Shown piece after piece: positions 10,150-20,796 of a DNA stretch of 64,000 bases. Positions within the stretch are counted from its first letter, which is position 1. The number at the start of each line of letters is the position of its first letter. The notes under the pieces were generated by a model. It saw only the letters and a list, made by a program, of their open reading frames with translations. It was not told where the DNA came from and made no database searches. The DNA comes from a virus (Duplodnaviria > Caudoviricetes): IMG/VR virus record IMGVR_UViG_3300031867_000006, positions 101,770 through 165,769 of that record. One strand, 5' to 3'. Position numbers and translations under genes: made by a program.

Positions 10150-10866
10150 TTAGATTAAACTTACCTGTCGAGCTTCTGCTCTTTTTACTTTGGTATCTTT
10201 CAATGCTAAATCAGCTATCTGATATGCTTCGGTAATTGTTTTATAAAGTTCGGCTTTGAATAGATCATACGTGACAGCATATTCATTAGCACCATCAGAT
10301 ATAGTATTATTACAAAAATACCTATCATTTGCAAAATATGCAGTATTACCATCCTTAAGAAGTATTTCAACAACAAATGCTTCAGGTAATGAATTATATA
10401 AATCCTCCATCTGCTCAATTTCAAATGGTTTTATTTTCACCACGGCTATTGCATTTAATGGAGTCTTGGCGCCTTCGGGATCTCTGTATGTGACACATCT
10501 ATCACTAGTATCTATTATATTGTTCATGCATGTAAGTGCAGCATTTCTATATTCATACATTCCGGCTTCAGAAAGTTTATCGGTTAATATAGCGATACTA
10601 GACTGTGAATTCATAAATTTAACATAAGCATGTTTTTTATCTTCTTCGGTAAGATCTTCCACACGTTTTATATCTTTTATATACCCCGACTTTAGCCCCT
10701 CTTTACCAATTATCACATGTACAATATATGTTTCATCAAGAGGTATTCTATTGTCTAATTCATCCATTATTAACCTCCTTTTTTGATGATGTTTTCTTAG
10801 GTTTCTTATAACTAGTATTGCCAGATGGAGTAGTCTCCTTAATGGTTCCAGAACCAACGACATCAT
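10150..10866 (-). CDS. Paralog-family protein with two domain copies
   Basis: Two repeats of the family pattern; true start likely MDELDNR after AGGAGG (~10765). Confidence 0.7.
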   Translation of the reverse strand: MMSLVLEPLRRLLHLAILVIRNLRKHHQKRRLIMDELDNRIPLDETYIVHVIIGKEGLKSGYIKDIKRVEDLTEEDKKHAYVKFMNSQSSIAILTDKLSEAGMYEYRNAALTCMNNIIDTSDRCVTYRDPEGAKTPLNAIAVVKIKPFEIEQMEDLYNSLPEAFVVEILLKDGNTAYFANDRYFCNNTISDGANEYAVTYDLFKAELYKTITEAYQIADLALKDTKVKRAEARQVSLI

Positions 10867-11509
10867 ATTTTATTTCATCAGCTTCTTTAAGCTTAACGAT
10901 ATAAACCGACTCGATATCTTCTGTTGGATCTTGCACTGCTATATTTAAATATTCAGCATCATTTTTTGCAGACTTTAAGGATCTATATACTTCTGCATGA
11001 TTGAGGTCTTCACAACCTTCAAAATTTAACGAGAATCTGTTTTTCTTATCATCTTCATCTTTAGCAACTACTTCAGATACATACAATGTATAACCACTCT
11101 TATATTTAGCCTTAATAACATATAATGAATTATTGGCATAGTCATATGTATCAATAATTTCAGAACCATTTGCAGTCATCTTAATAATGATGAGATTTTT
11201 AACAACATCATTGACAGCTTCATTTCCATCTTCGTGCTTATGCATTGGCTCATCCAGCAATCCATTATCTATGATTCTATTAATCTCATTCTCGGCATAC
11301 TCTATCTTTCTATAAAAGCACCCATCGAGCATTTCTTTAATAATGAAATTCTTATCGTTATAAAACTCAACATAATCTTTCTTATCTTTTACTAATGTAA
11401 CTCCAATCACATAAAAGCAACTATCATTATTTACTTTAAATTCATTTGCCATTTTACTTAACCTCCTCTTCAATGTTGTTAATAGCTTCTTCATCGAGCT
11501 CTTCCGCAA
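10760..11509 (-). CDS. Paralog-family protein with two domain copies
   Basis: FYVIGV...FYRKIEYAE and LYVIKAKYKSGYTLY...AEVYRSLKSAK; true start likely MANEF (~11452). Confidence 0.7.
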   Translation of the reverse strand: MRKSSMKKLLTTLKRRLSKMANEFKVNNDSCFYVIGVTLVKDKKDYVEFYNDKNFIIKEMLDGCFYRKIEYAENEINRIIDNGLLDEPMHKHEDGNEAVNDVVKNLIIIKMTANGSEIIDTYDYANNSLYVIKAKYKSGYTLYVSEVVAKDEDDKKNRFSLNFEGCEDLNHAEVYRSLKSAKNDAEYLNIAVQDPTEDIESVYIVKLKEADEIKYDVVGSGTIKETTPSGNTSYKKPKKTSSKKEVNNG

Positions 11510-11813
11510 TCATTATCAATTCGCAAGGTACTGCTTTTGTGATCTTACCAAACGTAGGATTCCAAGCCTCTCTTTCGATTAAATCTCCACATAATTGTTT
11601 AACGAACCACAATTGACCTTCACCAAATGTTTTTGCAAATATAGGATCTGGCGATATATAAACCACACCGTTTAAAACCTGATCATAATACAGTGGTATA
11701 TCTAGTGTTGGTACTAAATGAAATGTACCATGTTGCTCATAACCGAAATACATAATCTTTCCATTTTCAAATTCCAATTTGATTATATATTTCTTAATTT
11801 CTCCAATATCCAT
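11454..11813 (-). CDS. Paralog-family small protein
   Basis: KYIIKLEFENGKIMYFG. Confidence 0.7.
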   Translation of the reverse strand: MDIGEIKKYIIKLEFENGKIMYFGYEQHGTFHLVPTLDIPLYYDQVLNGVVYISPDPIFAKTFGEGQLWFVKQLCGDLIEREAWNPTFGKITKAVPCELIMIAEELDEEAINNIEEEVK

Positions 11814-11955
11814 ATATACTCCTTTCTAGCGGAATTTGTTTTGAATCCGCTAACCATCTTTTACTACTACGCCATTATTATAATATACAATTAAAAATAA
11901 AAACTAACAACAACCGCAAAAAGATCGCCCTGGCAAATCGCCAGGGCTTACTGCA

Positions 11956-13170
11956 TTAATTATTTTCTTTATCTTTCTTATCGACTATACGGCACATTAC
12001 TTTTCTTTCAGGTATATAATTTATATCATGACCTTCACGAACATGTCTTTCATACGCATTTACTTCATGAGGTATAAACATACATGTATCTTTACTATAG
12101 ACCTTATCCCAATTATCAACGCCTGGTTGTAGTGTATCTTTATCTAAATCATATTTACAACCAGCTTTCCATTGAGAGTAGCCAGGAAGTGATGGTAAGT
12201 CATCTATAAACTTTCTAAGATGAAGCCATTCTGGATCTACAGACACGCCGCCTTCTATACCAACTTCTTCTCCACACCCACCATAATCTTTAAATGCATC
12301 ACAATTTTCATTATAGCATCTACATAATACAGAATTCCATAACCTTGATTCCTTTGGATATTTAGCATATAATCCTGGTTCATCTAATATACCAACTCCA
12401 TATAATGTAGGTACTGAATGGTCTCTAATCATATTATTAACTATGCTGCTATAACTATATTCATATTCGTAACCAGTGTCAAATCTAACTTTAAAGAACT
12501 TACTTCTTCCCTTATTACCAACATATTCTAAAACTTTATAATGAATACCTTGACCATTTACATTCTCATAATCAACAAGCATTCTTTTATCGTGATCTTT
12601 AACATATCCGGATAAAATATTGAATTTTCTAGCAGTATCAAAATTACCGGTTTCTAAAAATTGTATCTTATATAATGGTGGATTTTTACTACCTTCTATA
12701 TATTCTATAACTTTAATTGGACCATCGCATCTACTCATATATTCACATCCAACTATTTCATATGGATCTACATTTTTATGACCATCACAACTAACCAATC
12801 CCTTTTGTATATTTGCTTTAGTTGCAATACCAGTGCCACCATTATCAAAAGTTACTTCATATTTATGCTGACCGTCTTTACCTAAATATCCAGTGACTGT
12901 AAATGGACCAAATACTTTACTTTCTCCTCGATGACCAACAAAGTCCAGCGGATTATTAACTTTATAGGTTATTCTCCCATTTTTAATATTATATTTATCT
13001 TTGCTAATTGGTGTTTGGCTAGGGTCTTCATCAAATAATACCATATAATAATGCTTTTTATCTGGATCTTTTCCTACTACTTTAAACTTACCTGCAGTTA
13101 AACTAACGCCTTCGTAATTTAACATTTCATCATCGTCACTTATTTGTACAATTTTTACTTCATTATTCAT
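11956..13170 (-). CDS. Free-standing homing-endonuclease-like protein with repeated N-terminal modules
   Basis: About four G.F.V..Y.G......Y.V.F.TG modules, then RCYN..C..F.DYGG.G...W..L..F...DLDKD...YSKDTCMF core shared with the intron ORFs. Confidence 0.7.
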   Translation of the reverse strand: MNNEVKIVQISDDDEMLNYEGVSLTAGKFKVVGKDPDKKHYYMVLFDEDPSQTPISKDKYNIKNGRITYKVNNPLDFVGHRGESKVFGPFTVTGYLGKDGQHKYEVTFDNGGTGIATKANIQKGLVSCDGHKNVDPYEIVGCEYMSRCDGPIKVIEYIEGSKNPPLYKIQFLETGNFDTARKFNILSGYVKDHDKRMLVDYENVNGQGIHYKVLEYVGNKGRSKFFKVRFDTGYEYEYSYSSIVNNMIRDHSVPTLYGVGILDEPGLYAKYPKESRLWNSVLCRCYNENCDAFKDYGGCGEEVGIEGGVSVDPEWLHLRKFIDDLPSLPGYSQWKAGCKYDLDKDTLQPGVDNWDKVYSKDTCMFIPHEVNAYERHVREGHDINYIPERKVMCRIVDKKDKENN

Positions 13171-13273
13171 ATTAAATTCCTCCTTAAAAATATTATAAGT
13201 ATTATAAACATGTTACATTATATGTATATTTTTACATTTATATTCATATCTTATAATAAGTAACGAAAATAGA

Positions 13274-13297
13274 CCCCTAGGCTATTACGCCTAGGGG
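13274..13297. terminator. CCCTAGG-family hairpin terminator after the capsid gene
   Basis: CCCCTAGGC-tattac-GCCTAGGGG; related hairpins at 3813, 20530, 20909, 32200, 45292, 49352, 53130 and 61661. Confidence 0.75.
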
Positions 13298-13332
13298 AAT
13301 TATTATAAAAAATAAATATATTATTTTTTATT

Positions 13333-15192
13333 TTAGCCGTTGAACTCTTCCGGAGCAACGTTAGTATTGGTAGTAGCATCAAAACTAGCGTACACTTTCT
13401 GGAGATCGTTGTTCGCATATAAAAGTTCAGAGCCAGGGATGAGCTGTTCGTCAGTCGGTGTAGGAAGGTACTCACGGATTCCTGTAGGATTAGCCACTAA
13501 GATCCGCCCTTGAACCGGCTGATACTCCCAGAATTTGTACCTCTGGAATGCAGTAAGTGCAGGCAATGCAGGATTAGCAGCACTTCTCACCTCATTCGAT
13601 ATATAGAGCATATAATCGTAGCAACGATATACAATCCTATTGCTATTCTTCGGGTTAAGAAGAACGATGATAGAATCGTCACCATACATCTTATCGGAAC
13701 TGATGAAGTTGTATACACGCTTGGTGGAGCTTACTACAGTCTTGCGATAATTGAGCTCGATCGGGCCAACGTTATCGCCTGTCTGATAGCTGAACTCCTG
13801 AGGAATGATCTGCTCGATGATGCCAGGGCGAGCTACAAGGCTGATCTCCATATTAGGATCACGCAATACAGTAAGAAGGCCGCTGATGTAGTTATTCAGG
13901 GTATTCATAAAAGTCTTGCGTAACCACTCAAGGTGATCACTGTAGTATCCATCGCGGGGAGCGAAGTCGATTGTTCTCTTAAGTCTGTTGTTGTCATCCA
14001 GACGAAGGAAGCTCTCGTTAAGCTCGTTATGGATATCGTCATCCTTTACGTTGTCCATGATATCCTTAATGATGCTCATGTACTTAGTAACCTGATTGAT
14101 GCCATACATAGCACCGATATCCTTAACTTCCTCGGGAGTGATAGGTACGGTAATACCATCATTCTCAGGGATCTGCACGAAAGTTGTACGTTCCTGCCAT
14201 TCAACACGGCTGGTCTTAAGCTGGCGAGTAGAAGCGTCATAGCGAGCTGCCATCTTAACAGCCTTGATATTTCCGCCGGAGTTGATCTCGAACATGTTAT
14301 CCTTCTCGGTTGCGTACAGAGAATCATGGAAGTCCTTAGTAGTAGTTGCGGAATCTGCAAGTACCATATCTACGGGCTGCATGATGATTCTGTTGTAATC
14401 ACCGTATCCAGGATTAAACTCAGCTTTCCAGGGCTTCCATACTAATGCCTTACCAGCAGAAGCAGCCTTAGACTCTGTAATTGTACCGTCGTTACCAATT
14501 GTAAGTACATCAGCGCCTGCAGCAACATACTCTTCTACTGCAACTGCACAGATATGTGTAGCAACGGAAAGATTGTGATCTACGCGAGGCACATGGAAAT
14601 ACTCGTTAAGGATATCAACACTATTAACCTCGGGAAGAGCAATAGCTACTTCAACTACAGGGTTAGCAGACTTCCAAGCCTTGAAGATCTGGTTCTGCTG
14701 ATTAGCGATATCGATACGAGTTCCATCGGGAGTTACCATGTAACGAGTTTCCATAGTCTCAGTCCATGAAGGCGCCTCGGCTACGAATCTCGGGATAGCC
14801 TGTGCGAATACACAGTTAAGCATAAGGTACTTATGCATAGGCAGTGAAATACCTACCATAGGATTGTACTGTGCAAGACCTGCAACAGCATTTTCCTGAA
14901 CGGCCTGCATATCGTTAAGGAACAGTGCCTTCATATCCTTAACGTGATCCTCATACTGAGCCTGAGTCATATTGTTCTTATCACCAACGAGGGAATCTTC
15001 TACGAAGAACTCCTGAAGAGCATCCCTATTGGAAGGAATAGAAAGCGTGTGAATGGGATCAAATCCGTAGTTCACATGACTTTCACGCAGCATATTCTGC
15101 TGGGTCTCTAAGAATTTCTTAGCATAACCATACATGGGGTTTTTAGACATATCACCCATGTTACGGGTTTTTCTTTGTCCTACCTGCGGCAT
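13333..15192 (-). CDS. Major capsid protein
   Basis: 619 aa, strong codon bias and RBS, late motif at 15249-15260, downstream of an acidic scaffold-like gene and near the prohead protease; call is contextual. Confidence 0.75.
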   Translation of the reverse strand: MPQVGQRKTRNMGDMSKNPMYGYAKKFLETQQNMLRESHVNYGFDPIHTLSIPSNRDALQEFFVEDSLVGDKNNMTQAQYEDHVKDMKALFLNDMQAVQENAVAGLAQYNPMVGISLPMHKYLMLNCVFAQAIPRFVAEAPSWTETMETRYMVTPDGTRIDIANQQNQIFKAWKSANPVVEVAIALPEVNSVDILNEYFHVPRVDHNLSVATHICAVAVEEYVAAGADVLTIGNDGTITESKAASAGKALVWKPWKAEFNPGYGDYNRIIMQPVDMVLADSATTTKDFHDSLYATEKDNMFEINSGGNIKAVKMAARYDASTRQLKTSRVEWQERTTFVQIPENDGITVPITPEEVKDIGAMYGINQVTKYMSIIKDIMDNVKDDDIHNELNESFLRLDDNNRLKRTIDFAPRDGYYSDHLEWLRKTFMNTLNNYISGLLTVLRDPNMEISLVARPGIIEQIIPQEFSYQTGDNVGPIELNYRKTVVSSTKRVYNFISSDKMYGDDSIIVLLNPKNSNRIVYRCYDYMLYISNEVRSAANPALPALTAFQRYKFWEYQPVQGRILVANPTGIREYLPTPTDEQLIPGSELLYANNDLQKVYASFDATTNTNVAPEEFNG

Positions 15193-15261
15193 GATATATA
15201 CCTCCTTATAAATTTTTTATCATGATTTAGGGGTGGTAACCTAAATATTATTATATTGTTA

Positions 15262-16308
15262 TTACTTTTCATCTTCTTTTTGCTTTGCAGAAGACTGTAT
15301 TAGCGTTTTTAATACCTCACTAATTTGCGATAGATACATGAGATTCATCTCATAATTCTCTTTATTCTGTATATACGTTCTCGTTACATAAGTCTTAGTA
15401 ATGGTATCGTTAAGTATCTCCTTAAAGTTGTCCAGATTCTTACCTAAGAAGTCTAGCGTTGCTATATTCTTAGCAGTCTTATCTATCTTATTAAGATCTT
15501 CAATGATAACACATACTGTATCATACATATCTATATAATTCCTAATAAGTTCTGCGTTCATTATAGCCAACTGAGCTGGTTCTAAATCCTGGAATAAATT
15601 CTTCTCCTGCTCTTTAGGATCTACTTCTCCTTCATCTTCTCCATCCATTCCAAGATCTTCAGTATCATCGTTATTATCAGCATCAGGATCATCATTGGTA
15701 GATCCAGTATCGTCTCCACCATCGCCCTCAGCATCCTCATTACCTTCTTCATCATCTATCCCTTCTGTATAATCTGTTCCTCCTCCGGCGCCATCATCTC
15801 CACCAGCTCCAGCACCATCGTCGGTATTACCTTCAGGAACATCACCATCGTTAGGATCGCCAGCATTATCATCACCAGTATCTCCATCATCGCCTGTATC
15901 ATCTCCTCCATCGTCATCGTCTTCTAAACCTTCTAAATCGTCAGTATAGTCAGTAGCTGTATCATTATCAGACCCTGCATCAGTATTATCAGTGTCTTCT
16001 CCAGCTTCCCCATCTTCACCGGCAGCTTCATCATTATCCTGCCCATTGCCGTCATCCCCATCAGTATTAGCGTTGTCAGTAGTGTTATCATCTACATTAC
16101 CGCCATCATTAGACTCTGCATTGGTACTAACAGTGCCATCACTATCTCCCCCACCTGCAGTATCGCCTCCATTATTTTCTTCTTCTGTATCATCATCTAC
16201 TCCTGCGGTGTAGTCGTTCTCGTCTTCATCTTCACGAGTATCTACACCATTTATTTCTAATTCTTGTAAAATTTCTAAATCGTTCATAGAGGAACTTCCT
16301 CCTTTCAA
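15262..16308 (-). CDS. Highly acidic scaffold-like protein
   Basis: About 230 aa of D/E/G/T low complexity plus helical C-terminus, directly upstream of the capsid gene. Confidence 0.55.
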   Translation of the reverse strand: MKGGSSSMNDLEILQELEINGVDTREDEDENDYTAGVDDDTEEENNGGDTAGGGDSDGTVSTNAESNDGGNVDDNTTDNANTDGDDGNGQDNDEAAGEDGEAGEDTDNTDAGSDNDTATDYTDDLEGLEDDDDGGDDTGDDGDTGDDNAGDPNDGDVPEGNTDDGAGAGGDDGAGGGTDYTEGIDDEEGNEDAEGDGGDDTGSTNDDPDADNNDDTEDLGMDGEDEGEVDPKEQEKNLFQDLEPAQLAIMNAELIRNYIDMYDTVCVIIEDLNKIDKTAKNIATLDFLGKNLDNFKEILNDTITKTYVTRTYIQNKENYEMNLMYLSQISEVLKTLIQSSAKQKEDEK

Positions 16309-16316
16309 TATGTTAA

Positions 16317-18824
16317 TTAATCACCATCTCTTAAGGACTTAGGCGTCGCCGTAGAGTCAGGAACATTCTGGTTATGCTCTACGTTCATTTTATATTTGAT
16401 TCTCTGCTGTTGCCTCTCGAGATTTCTCTGGATCTTTTCATATTCACGAACCTTCTTAAGATCGTTATTATTCTCAGCCCGCTGGATATATCTCTCGCAC
16501 ATCTTCAATTCGATCTCTATATCATCAAGAACTAATTGACGTTCTTTATTCTGCATCTTCTTCATGCAAGCAAATGTGCCAATTGCTCCTATAACAGCGA
16601 TGGCCGGATTTATAGCCCAAGCAACGCCTACAGTCAATGCAAGCTTAATACATTTAGATGCTGAAGGAATAATGCTTCCTTTGATGACTGCTTCCCGATT
16701 ACCGTTCTGTAATGAAGTCTCGATGCTCTTAGATATAGAGTTTACTGAAGCATCTATATTGCTGGATAATCTCTTCTCTTTATCGGATAAGTTCATAGCG
16801 TCTCTCTTAAGATTCTTCATAGCAAGCTTCAGAGAATTGGTAAATTCCATCTCATTAATATATCCATCATTCTTAATCTTAGCAGCCTCATTGATGAATT
16901 TAAGATAACAAATAATACTCTTCATAGAAGACGCTGTATTATATACGTTAGTTGATTCCATCTTAGCAATATTACTGTTAAGAGTCTCAATACGCATATA
17001 GTCTTTGTAGCTCTTCTCTCTGATAGCCCTGAGATTATATCTTTCGGAAATAAGTGCTTCTTTAAACGCATTCTTTTCCATAATCACAGGCACTGTGATT
17101 ACAAAATCGCCTAAAGCATCAATATCGTCATTACTCATCTTGAATATATTATTCTTAATAATGCCATCGAGATTATCCTCAACAGTCTGATCTGTTATAG
17201 AAGACATAAGCTGCTCAATAAGAACTATTGAAGCCAAATTAGCTCTGGTCTGCTCATCGAAATCGGTATCCCAATCATCATCACCCCAGTCGTCATCATC
17301 AAGATCAAAGTCATCATCATAATCGTAGTCCATTCTTTCATCATTCTCCTCATCGGTGAAATTGGAATATGAATAATCTTTAATCTTTTCCAGATCTTTT
17401 TTAAGAGCATCGAGATACTTATTGTAACGATCCTTTGTATCTTCATCTTTAGCGTTCTTTAGCTTATCGTTAACAGCGGCGATCTCATTCTTATACGCCT
17501 CGATCATCTTATCGCACTGCTTACGTGTCAGATGAAGCTTCACAGTCTGGTCAGCTATAAGAGTGACAATACCAACAACCGGATGTATAGCAAATCCGCC
17601 AACTACGAAGACGCCTCTAATAATACTAAGCATATTCGGTAGCTCATATACTATCTGATATGGAGATTGTGCGAAGAATTTGTTGATGAATTGCTTGAGC
17701 TTATCTACTGTAGTGTCATCCTTATTCTTCAGACAATTCTCTCTAAATTCAGCAACCATCTGCTTAACCTTATCGTCACGTTTCTCTTCCGGAGTACGAT
17801 TATCCTTCTTTTTGAATTTACTCTTGATATCTTTTAAGAAGTGCTTATCGCCTTCAGAGACAGCTAAGAGACTAGCATCATCTGCTGTGAGATCAAGATC
17901 ATCCTTACTGATGGTATCTGCTGATAAGAATATATTATCCCACATACCATACTCAAATAATACAGACTTCTTAGCAACTTTATCTATAGATTCCTTAATG
18001 GATTCATCATAATCACCAGAAAAAATAAAATAGTCTGTTACACACTCGACTATAGTTTCAGATGGAATCTTAATAAAGTGCTTATTGAATACATAATAAG
18101 CTGTCTCTAATGCTGTATTATATTTTACATCAAATGATGTATCCAGAGTATCAATACATCTAGCTATCTGATATATAGCCGGTTTGATATCCTGCTCAAG
18201 AACACCATAAACCATACTATCAAGATTAAAGACTTTCGACAGCTTACCATAATTAGACAGTATTCTATCACACTGTGCCGCATTTCTAGCATGCTCCAGA
18301 AGTGTACTCATTACTGATTCTAATGCGGCTTCATTCTGCTGATTATCATCACTTTTAACAATACCATCCTTAGTAACATCCGTCTTAGGCAGCGCACCCT
18401 TAAGACTGTTCTGAAGGTTATTCAGACTACCAAATATAGCATTAGTTACATCATCATGCTTATTATTGATCTTGGTAAGGATCTTTGACTTAAGATGGCT
18501 ATTTCTATAATTGATAGAATTCATAAGCTGTTTAGCATCACGAACTTTATCAACGTTCTCATTAAGAATATTACCATAATAAGTAATCTTGCTAGCTGTA
18601 GCGTTAGGATCGCTAGCATATTCGATGAAAACATCAAGAGCCTTCTCGAAGGCTCTATTAGTATCTTCATTAAGCCTCGTCCAATTACCAATTGTGGAGG
18701 CTACATTATTCTCTGTTAGAACGCCTGCTTCATTATATGCAGACCTCTTGCATTTCTGAAAGGTGTTTTCAAATCGGCTACAAACCGATTTTTCACGTTT
18801 GTTTATATCTTTAATCGATAACAT
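16317..18824 (-). CDS. Large putative head protein
   Basis: 835 aa, two hydrophobic-hairpin plus coiled-coil repeats, head gene cluster. Confidence 0.55.
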   Translation of the reverse strand: MLSIKDINKREKSVCSRFENTFQKCKRSAYNEAGVLTENNVASTIGNWTRLNEDTNRAFEKALDVFIEYASDPNATASKITYYGNILNENVDKVRDAKQLMNSINYRNSHLKSKILTKINNKHDDVTNAIFGSLNNLQNSLKGALPKTDVTKDGIVKSDDNQQNEAALESVMSTLLEHARNAAQCDRILSNYGKLSKVFNLDSMVYGVLEQDIKPAIYQIARCIDTLDTSFDVKYNTALETAYYVFNKHFIKIPSETIVECVTDYFIFSGDYDESIKESIDKVAKKSVLFEYGMWDNIFLSADTISKDDLDLTADDASLLAVSEGDKHFLKDIKSKFKKKDNRTPEEKRDDKVKQMVAEFRENCLKNKDDTTVDKLKQFINKFFAQSPYQIVYELPNMLSIIRGVFVVGGFAIHPVVGIVTLIADQTVKLHLTRKQCDKMIEAYKNEIAAVNDKLKNAKDEDTKDRYNKYLDALKKDLEKIKDYSYSNFTDEENDERMDYDYDDDFDLDDDDWGDDDWDTDFDEQTRANLASIVLIEQLMSSITDQTVEDNLDGIIKNNIFKMSNDDIDALGDFVITVPVIMEKNAFKEALISERYNLRAIREKSYKDYMRIETLNSNIAKMESTNVYNTASSMKSIICYLKFINEAAKIKNDGYINEMEFTNSLKLAMKNLKRDAMNLSDKEKRLSSNIDASVNSISKSIETSLQNGNREAVIKGSIIPSASKCIKLALTVGVAWAINPAIAVIGAIGTFACMKKMQNKERQLVLDDIEIELKMCERYIQRAENNNDLKKVREYEKIQRNLERQQQRIKYKMNVEHNQNVPDSTATPKSLRDGD

Positions 18825-18999
18825 CTTAAACCTCCCATATAAATAAACTTATTACTATAAAGTTCACTAATTTAAGCAAAAAAGAATACCGCGGTGGCCT
18901 TCCACGGTATTCTTTGCTATATATCAAACAGAAGGAGTCGTAACAAATCGGTAACGGTGTAACAAATCCGTATGGAGATTTCTCCCTCTGTTGATACCA

Positions 19000-19512
19000 C
19001 TACTTACGATCGGGATGCTTTTCCATATAATTCTTAATATGGATTAATTCAGCACTAGCCCAATCATCATTCTCAAGCTCCTCTTCTGTATAGAGATGCT
19101 TAAGAATCTCAATAGCCTTGGCGGGATGCTCGAACTTAAGGTCTGACCATTCACACCAACCAAGACGATAACCACCTTTAGATGCACGATAATAGTCATT
19201 ATAAACCATATCATCAACTACATCAGCAGGCACTTCTGGATGGTTTTTCTTAATCCACTTTTCGAGCTCATCTGATGGTACGCCATTACACTTAATTGGA
19301 TCATCATAAATACGATTACAATAATCGCACTTAGCGCCCGAACAAGTACCGCAGTCGTCATCCATTTCGAATGGCGACATATAATGATCATGACCAGTCA
19401 AATGCGAAGGAATATACTCCTTCCAGCGATCCCAATGATCTACATTTTCGAAAAGCGGGTAAAGATCAATAGTTTTAATATCCATAATGATATCTCCTTT
19501 CTTTGTATGCAT
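19000..19512 (-). CDS. Hypothetical protein with a Cys cluster
   Basis: CGTCSGAKCDYC; class-1 motif upstream at 19566. Confidence 0.65.
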   Translation of the reverse strand: MHTKKGDIIMDIKTIDLYPLFENVDHWDRWKEYIPSHLTGHDHYMSPFEMDDDCGTCSGAKCDYCNRIYDDPIKCNGVPSDELEKWIKKNHPEVPADVVDDMVYNDYYRASKGGYRLGWCEWSDLKFEHPAKAIEILKHLYTEEELENDDWASAELIHIKNYMEKHPDRK

Positions 19513-19609
19513 TAGGACTCTTTATTAGCACTACGCTAAACCTAATATCCATATCATTACATTATTATATTATACAATTAAAATAACCCAAATTAACACA
19601 TAGCCTTAA

Positions 19610-19621
19610 AACATTAATATA
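19610..19621 (+). promoter_or_regulatory. Phage promoter motif class 2 (late type), (A/G)ACA-N6-TA (one of more than 10 copies)
   Basis: Upstream of protease (19610), capsid (15249-60 minus), terminase (40119), 48405, sheath (50218), portal (56603-14 minus), 34991-35002 minus and 5171-82 minus; matches the AR9 late consensus AACA-N6-TA as I recall it. Confidence 0.65.
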
Positions 19622-19667
19622 ATTGATTACGAACTAAATTAGTATAAATAGATATGGAGGTTTAATC

Positions 19668-20507
19668 ATGAATGGAAATAGAGCAATTGCATCTATCATC
19701 CTTGAAGGCGCTTCTACCGTCGAGGATGTTATTCTTACTAAAGATAAGAAATCCAACAGAGTAATTGGAGAAGGAACTCTCCAGGATATGGATAAAGAAA
19801 ATAGAAATGGTCGTATATATGCAGAAGCCGATCTTAAACCTGAGATTAATGGAGCTCGTATGAAAGAGCTTATTAAGCATGGTTATATGCTTGGTGAAGC
19901 CGGTCATCCTCTTTCAGATGATCTTATTAGGCAGCAGACTATTGATCCTAAACTCACTGCAGTTCGTTACCTCAAAGTTTGGACTGAAGGTAAGCTCGTT
20001 AGAGGTCAGTTCATGGGAACTAATAATAATTATGGTGAGACATTCGATCAGGATATGAGAGATGGATATAATCCTTCCTTCTCACTTAGAGCTCTTGGTT
20101 CTATAGAAAACGTTGGCGGAAAGGCTTACGTTAAAGGTATCAAGATTATCACATGGGATTGGGTTGTCTATCCTTCGCACGTCACCGCATATCAAGATAA
20201 ACTAATAAGTGAGAGTGCGGTAAGAAATAAAGAGCAGATTAATGAAAATCAGATTATTGTTCCTGAGAACGATCCTGGTACAATTATCTCTATCACAGGT
20301 CATGATGTAAACACAGCATTAGATAAACTGCAGAAAGAGTCTGCAAATGTTACAACAATTATTAATACATTCGATGGTATTTATGACCGCATCGATCTTG
20401 TAAATGAGCACACTCTTAAGATGACTTCAAAATTCGGTGAAACTATTACAGTTAATCTTGAGAATCATGTTGGAAATGTTATCCGCGATTACTGTTTCAA
20501 GTTCTAA
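19668..20507 (+). CDS. Prohead protease (T4 gp21-like)
   Basis: NRNGRIY, GEAGHP, SFSLRALGS and TWDWVVYPSH motifs. Confidence 0.9.
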   Translation: MNGNRAIASIILEGASTVEDVILTKDKKSNRVIGEGTLQDMDKENRNGRIYAEADLKPEINGARMKELIKHGYMLGEAGHPLSDDLIRQQTIDPKLTAVRYLKVWTEGKLVRGQFMGTNNNYGETFDQDMRDGYNPSFSLRALGSIENVGGKAYVKGIKIITWDWVVYPSHVTAYQDKLISESAVRNKEQINENQIIVPENDPGTIISITGHDVNTALDKLQKESANVTTIINTFDGIYDRIDLVNEHTLKMTSKFGETITVNLENHVGNVIRDYCFKF

Positions 20508-20649
20508 TATACTTCATTTTCACCTCGCGCCCTCTAGGCTTAGGTCTAGAGGGTATTTTTATACAATATACTAAACAAAAAAATAAGCGGCGCTTGTTAC
20601 ACCGCTTATTATAGGTAGTCGAACTTTGAATTTTTTGGTTTAAACATGT

Positions 20650-20796
20650 TTATGCTTTGTAAGTATAGAAATTAATACCAGGAAATTTAGTTATTTCAAC
20701 AGTAACTTTCTCTGGCAATTTTCTTTTGCTAATTAACGCATCTAGCTCTAATCTAGCGCGTATATCAGCAGGAAGATTTTTGGTCTCGACTACCAT
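20650..20796 (-). CDS. 48-aa protein (not in ORF track)
   Basis: AGGAGGTG RBS; MVVETKNLPADIRARLELDALISKRKLP... Confidence 0.55.
   Translation of the reverse strand: MVVETKNLPADIRARLELDALISKRKLPEKVTVEITKFPGINFYTYKA

Noticed and set aside
15262-16308. Tandem DNA repeat
   Set aside because: Low-complexity D/G codons of an acidic protein; no discrete repeat unit
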